Shown piece after piece: positions 55,721 through 64,000 of a DNA stretch of 64,000 nt. Numbering within the stretch: position 1 is the first letter of the stretch; every line of letters starts with the position of its first letter. This DNA comes from an uncultured Eubacteriales bacterium (GTDB lineage: Bacteria; Bacillota; Clostridia; Oscillospirales; Acutalibacteraceae): positions 3,827 to 67,826 of the forward strand of contig ONMK01000001.1 in assembly GCA_900318905.1 (NCBI GenBank), read 5' to 3'. The notes beneath the pieces are model-generated. The model was given only the letters and a program-made list of their open reading frames with translations. It did not search any database and was not told where the DNA came from. The position numbers and the translations under genes are program-made.

Positions 55721-57363
55721 TATTTATCCGCCTGAAGCGTTATTTCGATTTCGTAGTCCTTGCCGTCGGCGGGACGGTAGAATTTCAGCTTTACCTTGTC
55801 GCCGTCGCTGTGCTTCTCAAGCACCTGATATATCTCTGAGAAGGACGTGATTTTGCTGTCGTCAAGGGCGGTTATGATATCGCCTTTTGTCAAGTCGGTG
55901 TTGTCGCAGGGGCCTCCGCTCTGGATAATCTGAACCTGAATGCCCTGGGGAACATCATAGTACTGAGCCTCGGCGGCGGTGATAGCCGCGCCTGAAATGC
56001 CGATTTTTACTCTGCCGTCGACATAGCCGTACTTCATCAGCTTATCGATAATTTCCTTGACCTGGGTCGACGGAATGCAGAAGCCCATTCCCTCGTATTT
56101 TTCGTCGACGATTTTTGCCGACGCAACGCCGATGACCTGACCGTACACATTAACGGCGGGGCCGCCCGAGTTGCCGGGGTTTATTGCCGCGTCGGTCTGG
56201 ATGTACTTAACAAGGCTCTTGCTTGAGGCGTCGCGGTTGATTGCCGAAACAACGCCCTTAGTCATTGAGTTTTTATACTCGATTCCGCCCGGGTTACCGA
56301 TGATGATTATATCCTCGCCGAGCTTTATCTGATCGGAGTTGCCGAAGCTTGCGGCTTTTAAGCCCTTTGCGTCAACAAGCTTCAAAAGCGCGATATCCGT
56401 GCGCGAGTCAAAGCCCACAACGCCTGCCGTATATTCCTTGTCGTCGGAGGTGACGACCTTTAAGGCGTAGGCGGTCTTGCTGTTGCCTACAACGTGAGCG
56501 TTTGTTATTATGTAGCCGTCGGAGGACAGGATGATTCCGCTGCCCTGCGAGTCGGGATTTGCTCTGTTTTCGGCGCTGCCGCTGTAGCAAAGTACCGAAA
56601 CGACCGAATCGGACGCCTGATTGAACGCGTATTCGGCGCCGTAGCTCTTGTTTGTTTCGGCGTCGGCGGGCTTGTCGCCGAGCGTCATACCGCTGTAGTT
56701 TTTATCGGTTTTATCGGAAAAATCGCTCTCGTCGTGAGCCGCGGGCGCGGTAGTTGAGGGAGTGTCGGGATAGGTAAACGGAATGTTTTTGTTCCCGCCC
56801 GAACCGCCGTTTCCGTCGTCGGGCACGGTAAAGAATGAGAACGGATTATCGGCATTATTATCGCTCTTTTTGTTTTTGTCCGTCTGATAAATCGTATAGC
56901 CCATCATGCCGAACAGGCTTGCCGCAAGCAAAACACCCAGAACAACTATCACAACAATAAGCGACTTGTTGGCTTTGGGCTTTCCGGCAGAGGGAGCGCT
57001 GAACGGAGCAGGCTCCTGAGGTATTGCAGCCGGCGGATAGGGCGGCTGCGGAGGATAATAAGGCATTGGCTGAGCGTAATAGCCCTGAACAGACGGCTGA
57101 GGTGGCTGCGGCGGCTGATGCTGCGGCTCGGGAGCGCCCGAAAAGCCGTTGTCGGAATATACCGCGGTGTGCCTTATGGGGTTAAAGCCGCTGTCGGCGC
57201 TTGGCTCTGCCTGCTCTGCTTTTTCAGCGAGCGGCTTTTGAGGCTCAAAATCAAGCGCTTCCTCACCGCTAAAATCTTCTGGCGCGGCTTCTTCGGTATT
57301 CTTCTTTTCGGTAAGCGGCTTTTGAGGTTCAAAGCCGTAATAATTTTCAAACTGATTGTCCAT
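55720..57363 (-). CDS. htrA: HtrA/DegP-like serine protease with PDZ domain
   Basis: GSGII, TNAHVV, DIALL, IQTDAAINPGNSGG, C-terminal PDZ, one TM anchor. Confidence 0.93.
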   Translation of the reverse strand: MDNQFENYYGFEPQKPLTEKKNTEEAAPEDFSGEEALDFEPQKPLAEKAEQAEPSADSGFNPIRHTAVYSDNGFSGAPEPQHQPPQPPQPSVQGYYAQPMPYYPPQPPYPPAAIPQEPAPFSAPSAGKPKANKSLIVVIVVLGVLLAASLFGMMGYTIYQTDKNKKSDNNADNPFSFFTVPDDGNGGSGGNKNIPFTYPDTPSTTAPAAHDESDFSDKTDKNYSGMTLGDKPADAETNKSYGAEYAFNQASDSVVSVLCYSGSAENRANPDSQGSGIILSSDGYIITNAHVVGNSKTAYALKVVTSDDKEYTAGVVGFDSRTDIALLKLVDAKGLKAASFGNSDQIKLGEDIIIIGNPGGIEYKNSMTKGVVSAINRDASSKSLVKYIQTDAAINPGNSGGPAVNVYGQVIGVASAKIVDEKYEGMGFCIPSTQVKEIIDKLMKYGYVDGRVKIGISGAAITAAEAQYYDVPQGIQVQIIQSGGPCDNTDLTKGDIITALDDSKITSFSEIYQVLEKHSDGDKVKLKFYRPADGKDYEIEITLQADK

Positions 57364-57606
57364 ATAATACTCCTATAAGTAAATATTACTTATCCATTAT
57401 AACCCGAAAATCTTTTAAAAGCAACCGAAAAAGCGGCCTGTTGTGTGATGATTAACTGAAAATTTTACTTTGTATCACTTTTTTGCAAGTTTTTCCAAAA
57501 ACTTTCCCGAAAAGCCTTTTAATCCTCGGCAATTTATTGTATAATAATGTTAAATCAACAGAGGGGACGCTTATCTGTTGAAATATCTTGAAAAGGAAGA
57601 TGAATT

Positions 57607-58473
57607 ATGCCATTAGTAAACGCAAAAGAAATGCTCACCAAAGCAAAGGCGGGCCACTATGCTGTAGGCCAGTTCAACATCAACAACCTTGAGTGGACAA
57701 AGTCCATCCTGCTTACCGCTCAGGAGCTCAACTCTCCCGTAATTCTCGGTGTATCCGAGGGCGCAGGCAAATATATGTGCGGCTACAAAACCGTAGTAGG
57801 CATGGTTACCGCTATGCTTGAGGAACTCAACATCACCGTTCCCGTTGCTCTTCACCTTGACCACGGCTCCTACGAGGGCGCAAAAAAGTGCATCGAGGCA
57901 GGCTTCAGCTCGATCATGTTCGACGGCTCTCACTATCCTATCGACGAGAACGTTGAAAAGACAAAAGAGCTTGTGGCTACCTGTAACGAGCTCGGTCTGT
58001 CGATCGAGGCAGAGGTAGGCTCGATCGGCGGCGAGGAAGACGGCGTTATCGGCGCGGGCGAATGCGCTGATCCTCAGGAATGCAAAATGGTTGCTGACCT
58101 GGGCGTAACAATGCTTGCGGCTGGTATCGGCAACATCCACGGCAAGTATCCCGAAAACTGGCAGGGACTCAGCTTTGAGACTCTCGACGCTATCCAGCAG
58201 CTCACAGGCGACATGCCTCTGGTTCTTCACGGCGGCACAGGTATTCCCGCTGACATGATCAAGAAGGCTATTGAGCTGGGCGTTTCAAAAATCAACGTAA
58301 ACACCGAGTGCCAGCTTGCTTTCGCCGCTGCTACAAGAAAGTACATCGAAGAAGGCAAGGACCTGCAGGGCAAGGGCTTCGACCCCAGAAAGCTCCTCGC
58401 TCCCGGCGCAGAGGCTATCAAGGCAACCGTAAAAGAGAAGATGGAGCTCTTCGGTTCGGTTGGCAAGGCTTAA
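57607..58473 (+). CDS. fba: Class II fructose-bisphosphate aldolase
   Basis: HLDHG, MFDGSH, EAEVG, GNIHG, LHGGTG, KINVNT. Confidence 0.97.
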   Translation: MPLVNAKEMLTKAKAGHYAVGQFNINNLEWTKSILLTAQELNSPVILGVSEGAGKYMCGYKTVVGMVTAMLEELNITVPVALHLDHGSYEGAKKCIEAGFSSIMFDGSHYPIDENVEKTKELVATCNELGLSIEAEVGSIGGEEDGVIGAGECADPQECKMVADLGVTMLAAGIGNIHGKYPENWQGLSFETLDAIQQLTGDMPLVLHGGTGIPADMIKKAIELGVSKINVNTECQLAFAAATRKYIEEGKDLQGKGFDPRKLLAPGAEAIKATVKEKMELFGSVGKA

Positions 58474-58495
58474 AAATTTTAATATTACACAGCAA

Positions 58496-58521
58496 GAGGC
58501 TGTCGCATAAGCGACAGCCTC
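58496..58521. repeat. Left 26-bp direct repeat (fba terminator hairpin) flanking the IS
   Basis: GAGGCTGTCGCATAAGCGACAGCCTC, identical to 60123-60148. Confidence 0.9.
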
Positions 58522-60122
58522 AGCTTGTCGAAAAAGCTCAGCATATGCTGGGCTTTTTGCAATTGATGTGGTATAATAGACTTGGTGATGAAAAATGTTG
58601 GAAAAGAACGTGCAAAACAGAAACCAAATCGAAATCATATGCATAGAAGATTTAGTACCGCAGGATCATTTACTTCGCAAAATAGAGCGTGCGGTAGATT
58701 TCAAGAAGATCTATGAATTTGTTGAGGAGTTGTACTGTGCCGACAACGGCAGACCGAGCATAGATCCGGTGATTCTGTTCAAGATGGTGCTTATTCAGCA
58801 CCTTTACGGTATTCGTTCTTTACGTCGTGTTGCAGACGAAGTATCTCTAAACATAGCATATCGTTGGTTTTTAGGCTATGCCATCAACGAACCGACGCCG
58901 CATTTTTCTACCTTGAGCTACAACTTCCGCCATCGCTTCAATGAAGAAACCGTTGACAAAATCTTCAACTGGATTCTCGATGAGATCGCCAACGAAGGAT
59001 ATCTGAATCCCGAAGCGGTGTTCATCGACGGAACACACATCAAAGCCAACGCCAACAAAAACAAGAAAATCAAGGAGCAAGTTCCTGTTGCGGCGAAAAG
59101 ATACGCCGAGGAACTGCTCGAGGAAATCAATGCCGACCGTGAAGCACACGGCAAAAAACCTTTTGACGACGATACAAAGCCGCCGAAATCCAAGAATCAG
59201 CAGAAGAAAGACAATACCTCAAAGAAAAAAATGAAACGCCGCAAGCAGGAAGCCAAAACAAAAGAGGTCACTAAAAGCACAACCGATCCCGAAAGCGGAT
59301 TGTTTGTCAAGGGCGACCACAAGCGTCAGTTTGCCTATGAAGCGCATACAGCCTGTGAAATGAACGGTTATGTGGTAGGCGTGGAAGTCACACCGGGCAA
59401 TGTACATGACAGCGTGGCGTTTGACGATGTGTATGATGACGTTGTAGAGAAATATCCCGAAGTAAAAACGGTTGTATTGGACGCGGCATACAAGACGCCG
59501 CACATCTGCAAGAAAATAATCGATGACGAAAGAATCATTTCCACAGCATACAAAAGACCGATGACCAAAGAAGGCAACCACCCGTGGTATACCTATGTTT
59601 ACGACGAGCACTATGATTGTGTCATTTGTCCCGAGTACAAAACATTAACATATTCAACAACGAACCGCGACGGATACCGTGAATACAAGAGCGATCCGAA
59701 AATCTGCGAACACTGTCCGACCAGACACCTATGCACAGCGTCCAAGGATTTCACCAAAACGGTAACAAAACATATTTGGAGCGATTACGTAGAGCTTGCC
59801 GAGGATTTCCGTCACACGCCGGAATATGCGGAACTGTACCGGTTGAGAAAAGAGAAGATAGAGCGGGTATTCGCCGACGCGAAAGAAAAACACGCCATGC
59901 GTTATACTCCCTACAGAGGCTTGACAGCAGTGAAGAATTGGGTCAGGCTTAAGTTTGCTGCCATGAATTTGAAAAAGTTCGCGATACACAAAGATTATGA
60001 TAGAAAACGAGAAGAAGCGCCTACTCGCAATTCTAACTGTTTTCTGTTTTTTGCCAAGTCTTTCTTTCATATGTTAAAACCCGAAATCCGGTTCGCCTGA
60101 ATTTCGGGTTTTTCTACAGTCT
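58522..60122 (+). mobile_element. IS1182-family insertion sequence (1601 bp)
   Basis: Imperfect TIRs AGCTTGTCGAAAAA / TTTTTCTACAGTCT, flanking 26-bp direct repeats, one transposase ORF. Confidence 0.9.
58595..60100 (+). CDS. IS1182-family DDE transposase
   Basis: LVPQDHLLRKI, GRPSIDP, IDGTHIKANA, DAAY, IERVFADAK. Confidence 0.93.
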   Translation: MLEKNVQNRNQIEIICIEDLVPQDHLLRKIERAVDFKKIYEFVEELYCADNGRPSIDPVILFKMVLIQHLYGIRSLRRVADEVSLNIAYRWFLGYAINEPTPHFSTLSYNFRHRFNEETVDKIFNWILDEIANEGYLNPEAVFIDGTHIKANANKNKKIKEQVPVAAKRYAEELLEEINADREAHGKKPFDDDTKPPKSKNQQKKDNTSKKKMKRRKQEAKTKEVTKSTTDPESGLFVKGDHKRQFAYEAHTACEMNGYVVGVEVTPGNVHDSVAFDDVYDDVVEKYPEVKTVVLDAAYKTPHICKKIIDDERIISTAYKRPMTKEGNHPWYTYVYDEHYDCVICPEYKTLTYSTTNRDGYREYKSDPKICEHCPTRHLCTASKDFTKTVTKHIWSDYVELAEDFRHTPEYAELYRLRKEKIERVFADAKEKHAMRYTPYRGLTAVKNWVRLKFAAMNLKKFAIHKDYDRKREEAPTRNSNCFLFFAKSFFHMLKPEIRFA

Positions 60123-60153
60123 GAGGCTGTCGCATAAGCGACAGCCTCTTTTT
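60123..60153 (+). terminator. Right direct-repeat copy retaining the terminator U-tract
   Basis: GAGGCTGTCGC-ATAA-GCGACAGCCTC-TTTTT. Confidence 0.85.
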
Positions 60154-60225
60154 CAACACTTTTATACTGATTCCCATTAAAACGGGTTCAACTTTTTCGG
60201 ATTACGTCAATCAGAAAGCAAGTAT

Positions 60226-60921
60226 TTATCCCGCGGTTTTTTCAATAACAATGTGTTCGCCTATCGGGAACTCGGTTTCGTACTCGGCAAAATACATCTG
60301 CATTTCCGTCGCGTCGGAAATCGCTATCTTGCCGTCCTTATCAACATCGGCGGCTAAAAACTTAAGCCCCTCAAGCTCCTGCATTTCGGCGACATGGCGC
60401 TGGATAGCTGTTACGTCGCTGATGCTCAGCGCTCCGTCGTTGTTTGCGTCGCCCAGAACAACCTCGTCCATCAGCATGCAAGTAATATTGTTTTCAACTG
60501 CGTACTCATAAGCCCGGGTGCCGTACCAGCAGCGGATCGTCACTTCAGGACAGTTCCAAAAGGCGGTGTCCGAAATATTATCGCACCAGCGCGGAATTGT
60601 AACATACTGCAGGTTTTCGTTATTACCAAAAGCGTAATCGCCGATTGTTGTTGAGGCGGGCGGCAAGACTGCCTCGGTAAGATAGCTGCATGAGAAAAAC
60701 GCGAATTCGTCCACTCCGGCGACGGGATACCCGAGGACAAACTCGGGTATCTCGATACACTCATCTGTAAGAGCGCATTCGGTAATCAGCACGTTATTAT
60801 TATTTGTTTTTACCACGGTATAGGTGCCGTCGCTGTATTCGGTTGCGGCAAAAGCTGTCAGAGCCTGCGAACATAACACAAGCGACAGGAGTACCGCGAA
60901 AATATTTTTTAGCTTTTTCAT
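60226..60921 (-). CDS. Secreted BspA-type leucine-rich repeat plus dockerin protein
   Basis: Signal peptide (AFA), VDEFAF/IGDYAF/ISDTAF repeats, GDANNDGALSISD...AADVDKDGKIAISD. Confidence 0.85.
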   Translation of the reverse strand: MKKLKNIFAVLLSLVLCSQALTAFAATEYSDGTYTVVKTNNNNVLITECALTDECIEIPEFVLGYPVAGVDEFAFFSCSYLTEAVLPPASTTIGDYAFGNNENLQYVTIPRWCDNISDTAFWNCPEVTIRCWYGTRAYEYAVENNITCMLMDEVVLGDANNDGALSISDVTAIQRHVAEMQELEGLKFLAADVDKDGKIAISDATEMQMYFAEYETEFPIGEHIVIEKTAG

Positions 60922-61131
60922 ACTTCTCCTTTACAGTAATACAAAATGGTTTTTTCGGGGCGTTTGGATAGTCTGCTTTGGGGAATTAGCTGCAAAGCCT
61001 CATGTACTTTATATACATTCTTGCTTTTTGCCGTTAAATATATGATGTGTAATAATACAATAGCACAATAAACAAAAAGAGTCAACTCTTTTTATTTTTT
61101 ACAAAAAGTCAATATCCAAATTAACCCGCAG

Positions 61132-61611
61132 TTATGTTCTGTAATAAACCTGCACATTCAGATGGATCGGAGCCGCGTGAGCTATTTTGTTTCCGATAAG
61201 GCTTTTTTCGCCCTCGTTGAGGTCGTCGTTAATATATATAGCTACTCTTTGTCTGATTGGAAATTCATCCACTCTGAAATCCGTCAGCCCGCAGCTGTTT
61301 AAAAAGCGGTTGAAGCCGGCAGCAGTCCCATCGCACAAAACCGCCTTTTCCTGATTTATCAAAAGCTCTCTCCTTCTTGCGGCGGTAAGCTGCGGCTTTT
61401 CGCGGTCTATGAATTTTTCGCGCTCGCTCAGTCCGGCGCTCTCGGCTGTGGGGATAAAGCCCTCTTTTATCATCTCGTCGATTTCCTCAAACAGCGGGTC
61501 AAGCGCCGCTGCGTACGCGGTCAGCTCTTTATCCGTAACGCTGCCCTCGGCAAAGCCGTAAAGTCCTAAAGGGAGCAGCTTGTTTTTCATTGAATCGTAG
61601 CTTGACATCAT
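61132..61611 (-). CDS. Phage baseplate wedge protein (XkdU/DUF2313/Mu gp48-like)
   Basis: ELTAYA...FIPTAESAGLSERE...RRRELL...PIHL pattern; directly after the baseplate J gene. Confidence 0.7.
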   Translation of the reverse strand: MMSSYDSMKNKLLPLGLYGFAEGSVTDKELTAYAAALDPLFEEIDEMIKEGFIPTAESAGLSEREKFIDREKPQLTAARRRELLINQEKAVLCDGTAAGFNRFLNSCGLTDFRVDEFPIRQRVAIYINDDLNEGEKSLIGNKIAHAAPIHLNVQVYYRT

Positions 61612-62666
61612 ACCACCTGCACCGTCACATCGCCCGTTTCAAAAAAGGTGGAAGCGGGAATGGTCATGTCCGCCATCGACGGATCAAACACATATGTCTT
61701 GATGCAGCCCGTATCGAGCAGATATTTGCCGAGCCGAGACAGATAAAGCCTTCCGCCAAGCGGTATTGTGTTTATATAGTCCTCAAACGCGTCAGTGCAC
61801 ATTGTTACTATTTCATCGTTTGTAAAACCTTCCATCGGCGTCACGGTCACTATCATATCGTACGATTCGCTGACGGCGCGCGTAACAACGGTGTCGACGT
61901 TTAGCTCGCGGTTGTCGTCTATCAGGTTCTGCACCGCCACAAGCTGGGCGTCGGTAACGCTTCCGTCGGTTCTGGCAACATATACATTAAGCGTGCCCGC
62001 GCCCCTTGCTCTTGCCATTACGCCAGCCTTTGAGATACCGTCTACGGATTTGGCAAGCTCAATATAATAAGCGGCGTTCATTCCGTTTGGCATGCTCACA
62101 TAGCTGTCGCGGATACGCGCCCTCAGCGTTGTGTCGCTCTCCTCGTCGGCGCCGCCCGTAAACATGCTCGGGTTGCTTAAAATGTCAATATCCGACGGCA
62201 CGCTTACCGGCACGACCGCCGAGTGCGCGTAAATATTTCCGCGGTAGCCCGCGACTTCGGCTTCCGCCGGAACCAAAACCGAATATGTACCCGGAGCGAT
62301 TTGGCTGTCCTCGGTGGTATAAACCCTTACGGGGTTTTCGTCGTCGGTCGAAACGACCGTGCCCTCGGGTATCACAATAGCCGTAGTCCGAGTTTCGTTT
62401 ACCCTGAACTCCAGCTGACCGCGCGCTTTTTCCGCCGCCCTTCGTGTCAAGCCGCGCTGCTCGGCAAAGCGGTCGAGAAAAACACCCGACGCGGTCGAGG
62501 GAAAGAGCTGGCGCTTCATCCATTCAAGGCTTGTCTGCATGTTGTATATCTCACCCGCGAGGACCTTCATGCGGATGGCAATATCGCCGCTCTCGTCAAA
62601 ATCCCCGCCGCTGTTTTGGGTGTAGCTGTTTTTCATTCTTTGATATATTTCGTTATACGTCTCCAA
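61608..62666 (-). CDS. Baseplate J / XkdT / Mu gp47-like protein
   Basis: FPSTASGVFLD...RGLTR, GGADEESDTTLRARI, RGAGTLNVYV. Confidence 0.88.
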   Translation of the reverse strand: METYNEIYQRMKNSYTQNSGGDFDESGDIAIRMKVLAGEIYNMQTSLEWMKRQLFPSTASGVFLDRFAEQRGLTRRAAEKARGQLEFRVNETRTTAIVIPEGTVVSTDDENPVRVYTTEDSQIAPGTYSVLVPAEAEVAGYRGNIYAHSAVVPVSVPSDIDILSNPSMFTGGADEESDTTLRARIRDSYVSMPNGMNAAYYIELAKSVDGISKAGVMARARGAGTLNVYVARTDGSVTDAQLVAVQNLIDDNRELNVDTVVTRAVSESYDMIVTVTPMEGFTNDEIVTMCTDAFEDYINTIPLGGRLYLSRLGKYLLDTGCIKTYVFDPSMADMTIPASTFFETGDVTVQVV

Positions 62667-62979
62667 AAAGGCGCACCTCCTCTACACGGCTTTCGCCGTT
62701 AACATTGATTTCAAGTCTTGCGTTTCCGCCTGTCACGGAAAGCACTTTTACGCTTGTTGAGGGATACTCCGCAAGCGCCTCGCCGAGCATAAGCTCAGCC
62801 CTCTGAGCGTCGGAGTCCGAGTGCGGCGCGCCGAGCTCCCGGTCGTATATAAAGCTGCCGAGCGGCACCTTAAGGCAGATCAGCGCGCGCTGAAACAGAG
62901 CGTCGATACCGCTTATCGTTTCGACATTTCCGGCGCTGTCGGCGGCAAGGTCGCCGTTTTTCAGTCTTGCGTCAACCAT
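62653..62979 (-). CDS. Baseplate protein (XkdS/Mu gp46-like)
   Basis: ALFQRALICLKVPLGSFIYDRELG; position before baseplate J. Confidence 0.65.
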   Translation of the reverse strand: MVDARLKNGDLAADSAGNVETISGIDALFQRALICLKVPLGSFIYDRELGAPHSDSDAQRAELMLGEALAEYPSTSVKVLSVTGGNARLEINVNGESRVEEVRLFGDV

Positions 62980-63313
62980 GCGATACCTCCTCGCCGTTTA
63001 TCAATACCCTTCCGTCGTTTTTGAGCACTATTGAAGCACCGCCCTTGGAGTAGAGCATTATTTCGCCCTCCTGAAGCCCCGCCGCTTTTTTGAGCACGCC
63101 GAGGCCTACCTCGCCGTCCTCAAGCGGAAGCACGACCGCGCGCTCACCCGACGGCGCAACGCTGAATATCCCGTACGGAAAACACATTTCAAGCGCCTTG
63201 TGCTCGGATGATGACGCGACCGCCGTTCCTCCCGCGCCGCCGGTGTTCGTTTCGCCCTTTGCCGCCTCGGGCGACGTCATGGAATGATTAGTTATGTAAT
63301 TCATCAGCCACAT
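62972..63313 (-). CDS. Baseplate spike-like protein (Mu gp45-like)
   Basis: PYGIFSVAPSG, LQEGEIMLYSKGGASIVLKNDG; AAGGAG RBS before ATG 63313. Confidence 0.65.
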   Translation of the reverse strand: MWLMNYITNHSMTSPEAAKGETNTGGAGGTAVASSSEHKALEMCFPYGIFSVAPSGERAVVLPLEDGEVGLGVLKKAAGLQEGEIMLYSKGGASIVLKNDGRVLINGEEVSHG

Positions 63314-63998
63314 CAAAATTCTCCTTTTCAAGTAATATAACGCTGCTCTCGCCGCGGCTGTCGGCGGAATAGCTTACTTTTCTGACCGCAAGTCCGCCTA
63401 TCTCTCCCAGCACGCTGTCATTTACCGAGGCGCCGCACCCCAAAACACCCGTAAGGCAGCCCTTGCAGGTAAGCTCCAAAGCGTAGCTGTCACGGTTGCT
63501 GTTTTCAAACATTTTATCGGCTGTTTGAAGCGTTGTTTTGTCAGCCGCAGCGTTTACATAGCGAACGCGCGTAAGCGATTCTGCCTCCGGATTTGTATTT
63601 TTGATAACCGAGCTGTAGGTGTTTGTCTGCTGAAATTTCAGCCTGATTTCCGAAATCAGCGCGTGCCTGCGCCTGTTCTCCTTGAGCGAGGTATATCCAA
63701 TGCCCTCGCCGGTATCGGAAAAGTTCACTTTGCCGGCTGCGGGGCTGCCCTTCAGGTACGCCCTTCCGTCGCCCGAAACGCGCGGCTCGCTGTTGTAGCG
63801 GTAACGGCAAAAGCGCTGCAAAACGCGCCAGTGCGACATACCCTTGTCGATTTTAAGCATGCCGTAATACGGAACATAATCCTTTTCGGAAAGCTTTATC
63901 CCGAACGGGCGCAGATGCCTGTTTTCAATAAGGGATGCGGTCGGGTTAAGATATGTCACGGGCTCAGCCTCGTTGTCGAGCAGCTTTCCCGCGGGGCT
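63288..63998 (-). CDS. Baseplate hub-like protein (XkdQ/Mu gp44-like), 5' end beyond the window edge
   Basis: Frame stays open to the window edge (...SPAGKLLDNEAEPVTY...); gene order before spike and wedge genes. Confidence 0.6.
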   Translation of the reverse strand, partial: SPAGKLLDNEAEPVTYLNPTASLIENRHLRPFGIKLSEKDYVPYYGMLKIDKGMSHWRVLQRFCRYRYNSEPRVSGDGRAYLKGSPAAGKVNFSDTGEGIGYTSLKENRRRHALISEIRLKFQQTNTYSSVIKNTNPEAESLTRVRYVNAAADKTTLQTADKMFENSNRDSYALELTCKGCLTGVLGCGASVNDSVLGEIGGLAVRKVSYSADSRGESSVILLEKENFDVADELHN

Positions 63999-64000
63999 TC

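Noticed and set aside
60162-60228. TATACTGATTCCCATTAAAAC...AAGTATTTA, a possible fourth MITE copy
   Set aside because: Only the extreme termini resemble the element; there are no CAGATGTT boxes and the inverted repeat is poor.
60226-60921. LRR-dockerin gene as a receptor-binding substitute for the baseplate module
   Set aside because: It is co-oriented but separated by a ~210-bp AT-rich spacer that could hold its own promoter, and it has a Sec signal peptide; nothing supports a link beyond adjacency.

Overview
This is an ordinary-looking chromosomal window from a Gram-positive anaerobe, most likely a Ruminococcus-like Oscillospiraceae. That assignment is inferred from three dockerin-bearing proteins, spoVAE, class III fbp and sigma-A-type promoters. 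Housekeeping genes include metG, tatD, a phosphohexomutase, luxS, fbp, murA, an aroE-aroK / aroF-tyrA-aroB-aroA-aroC-pheA cluster without aroD/aroQ, acpP, mgtE, htrA and fba. There is also a Gld-like ABC operon and a TetR-MMPL-YhgE/Pip-like locus. One complete IS1182-family element duplicated the whole fba terminator on insertion, and a TA-flanked MITE-like repeat occurs three times. I saw no rRNA, tRNA or CRISPR array. The best candidates for undescribed biology are four. (1) A cluster at 26.5-31.8 kb in which a Hanks-type Ser/Thr kinase is flanked by three kinase-less zinc-ribbon membrane proteins; all four carry a cytoplasmic T-x-A-A-D motif and three share the same extracellular domain. 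(2) A phage baseplate module at 61.1-64 kb that ends without tail-fibre or lysis genes. (3) A uORF/attenuator-type leader upstream of mgtE. (4) A secreted helical-plus-beta-helix protein divergent from a two-component system, with direct repeats in its promoter. All family assignments come from reading motifs by eye; no database searches were run.
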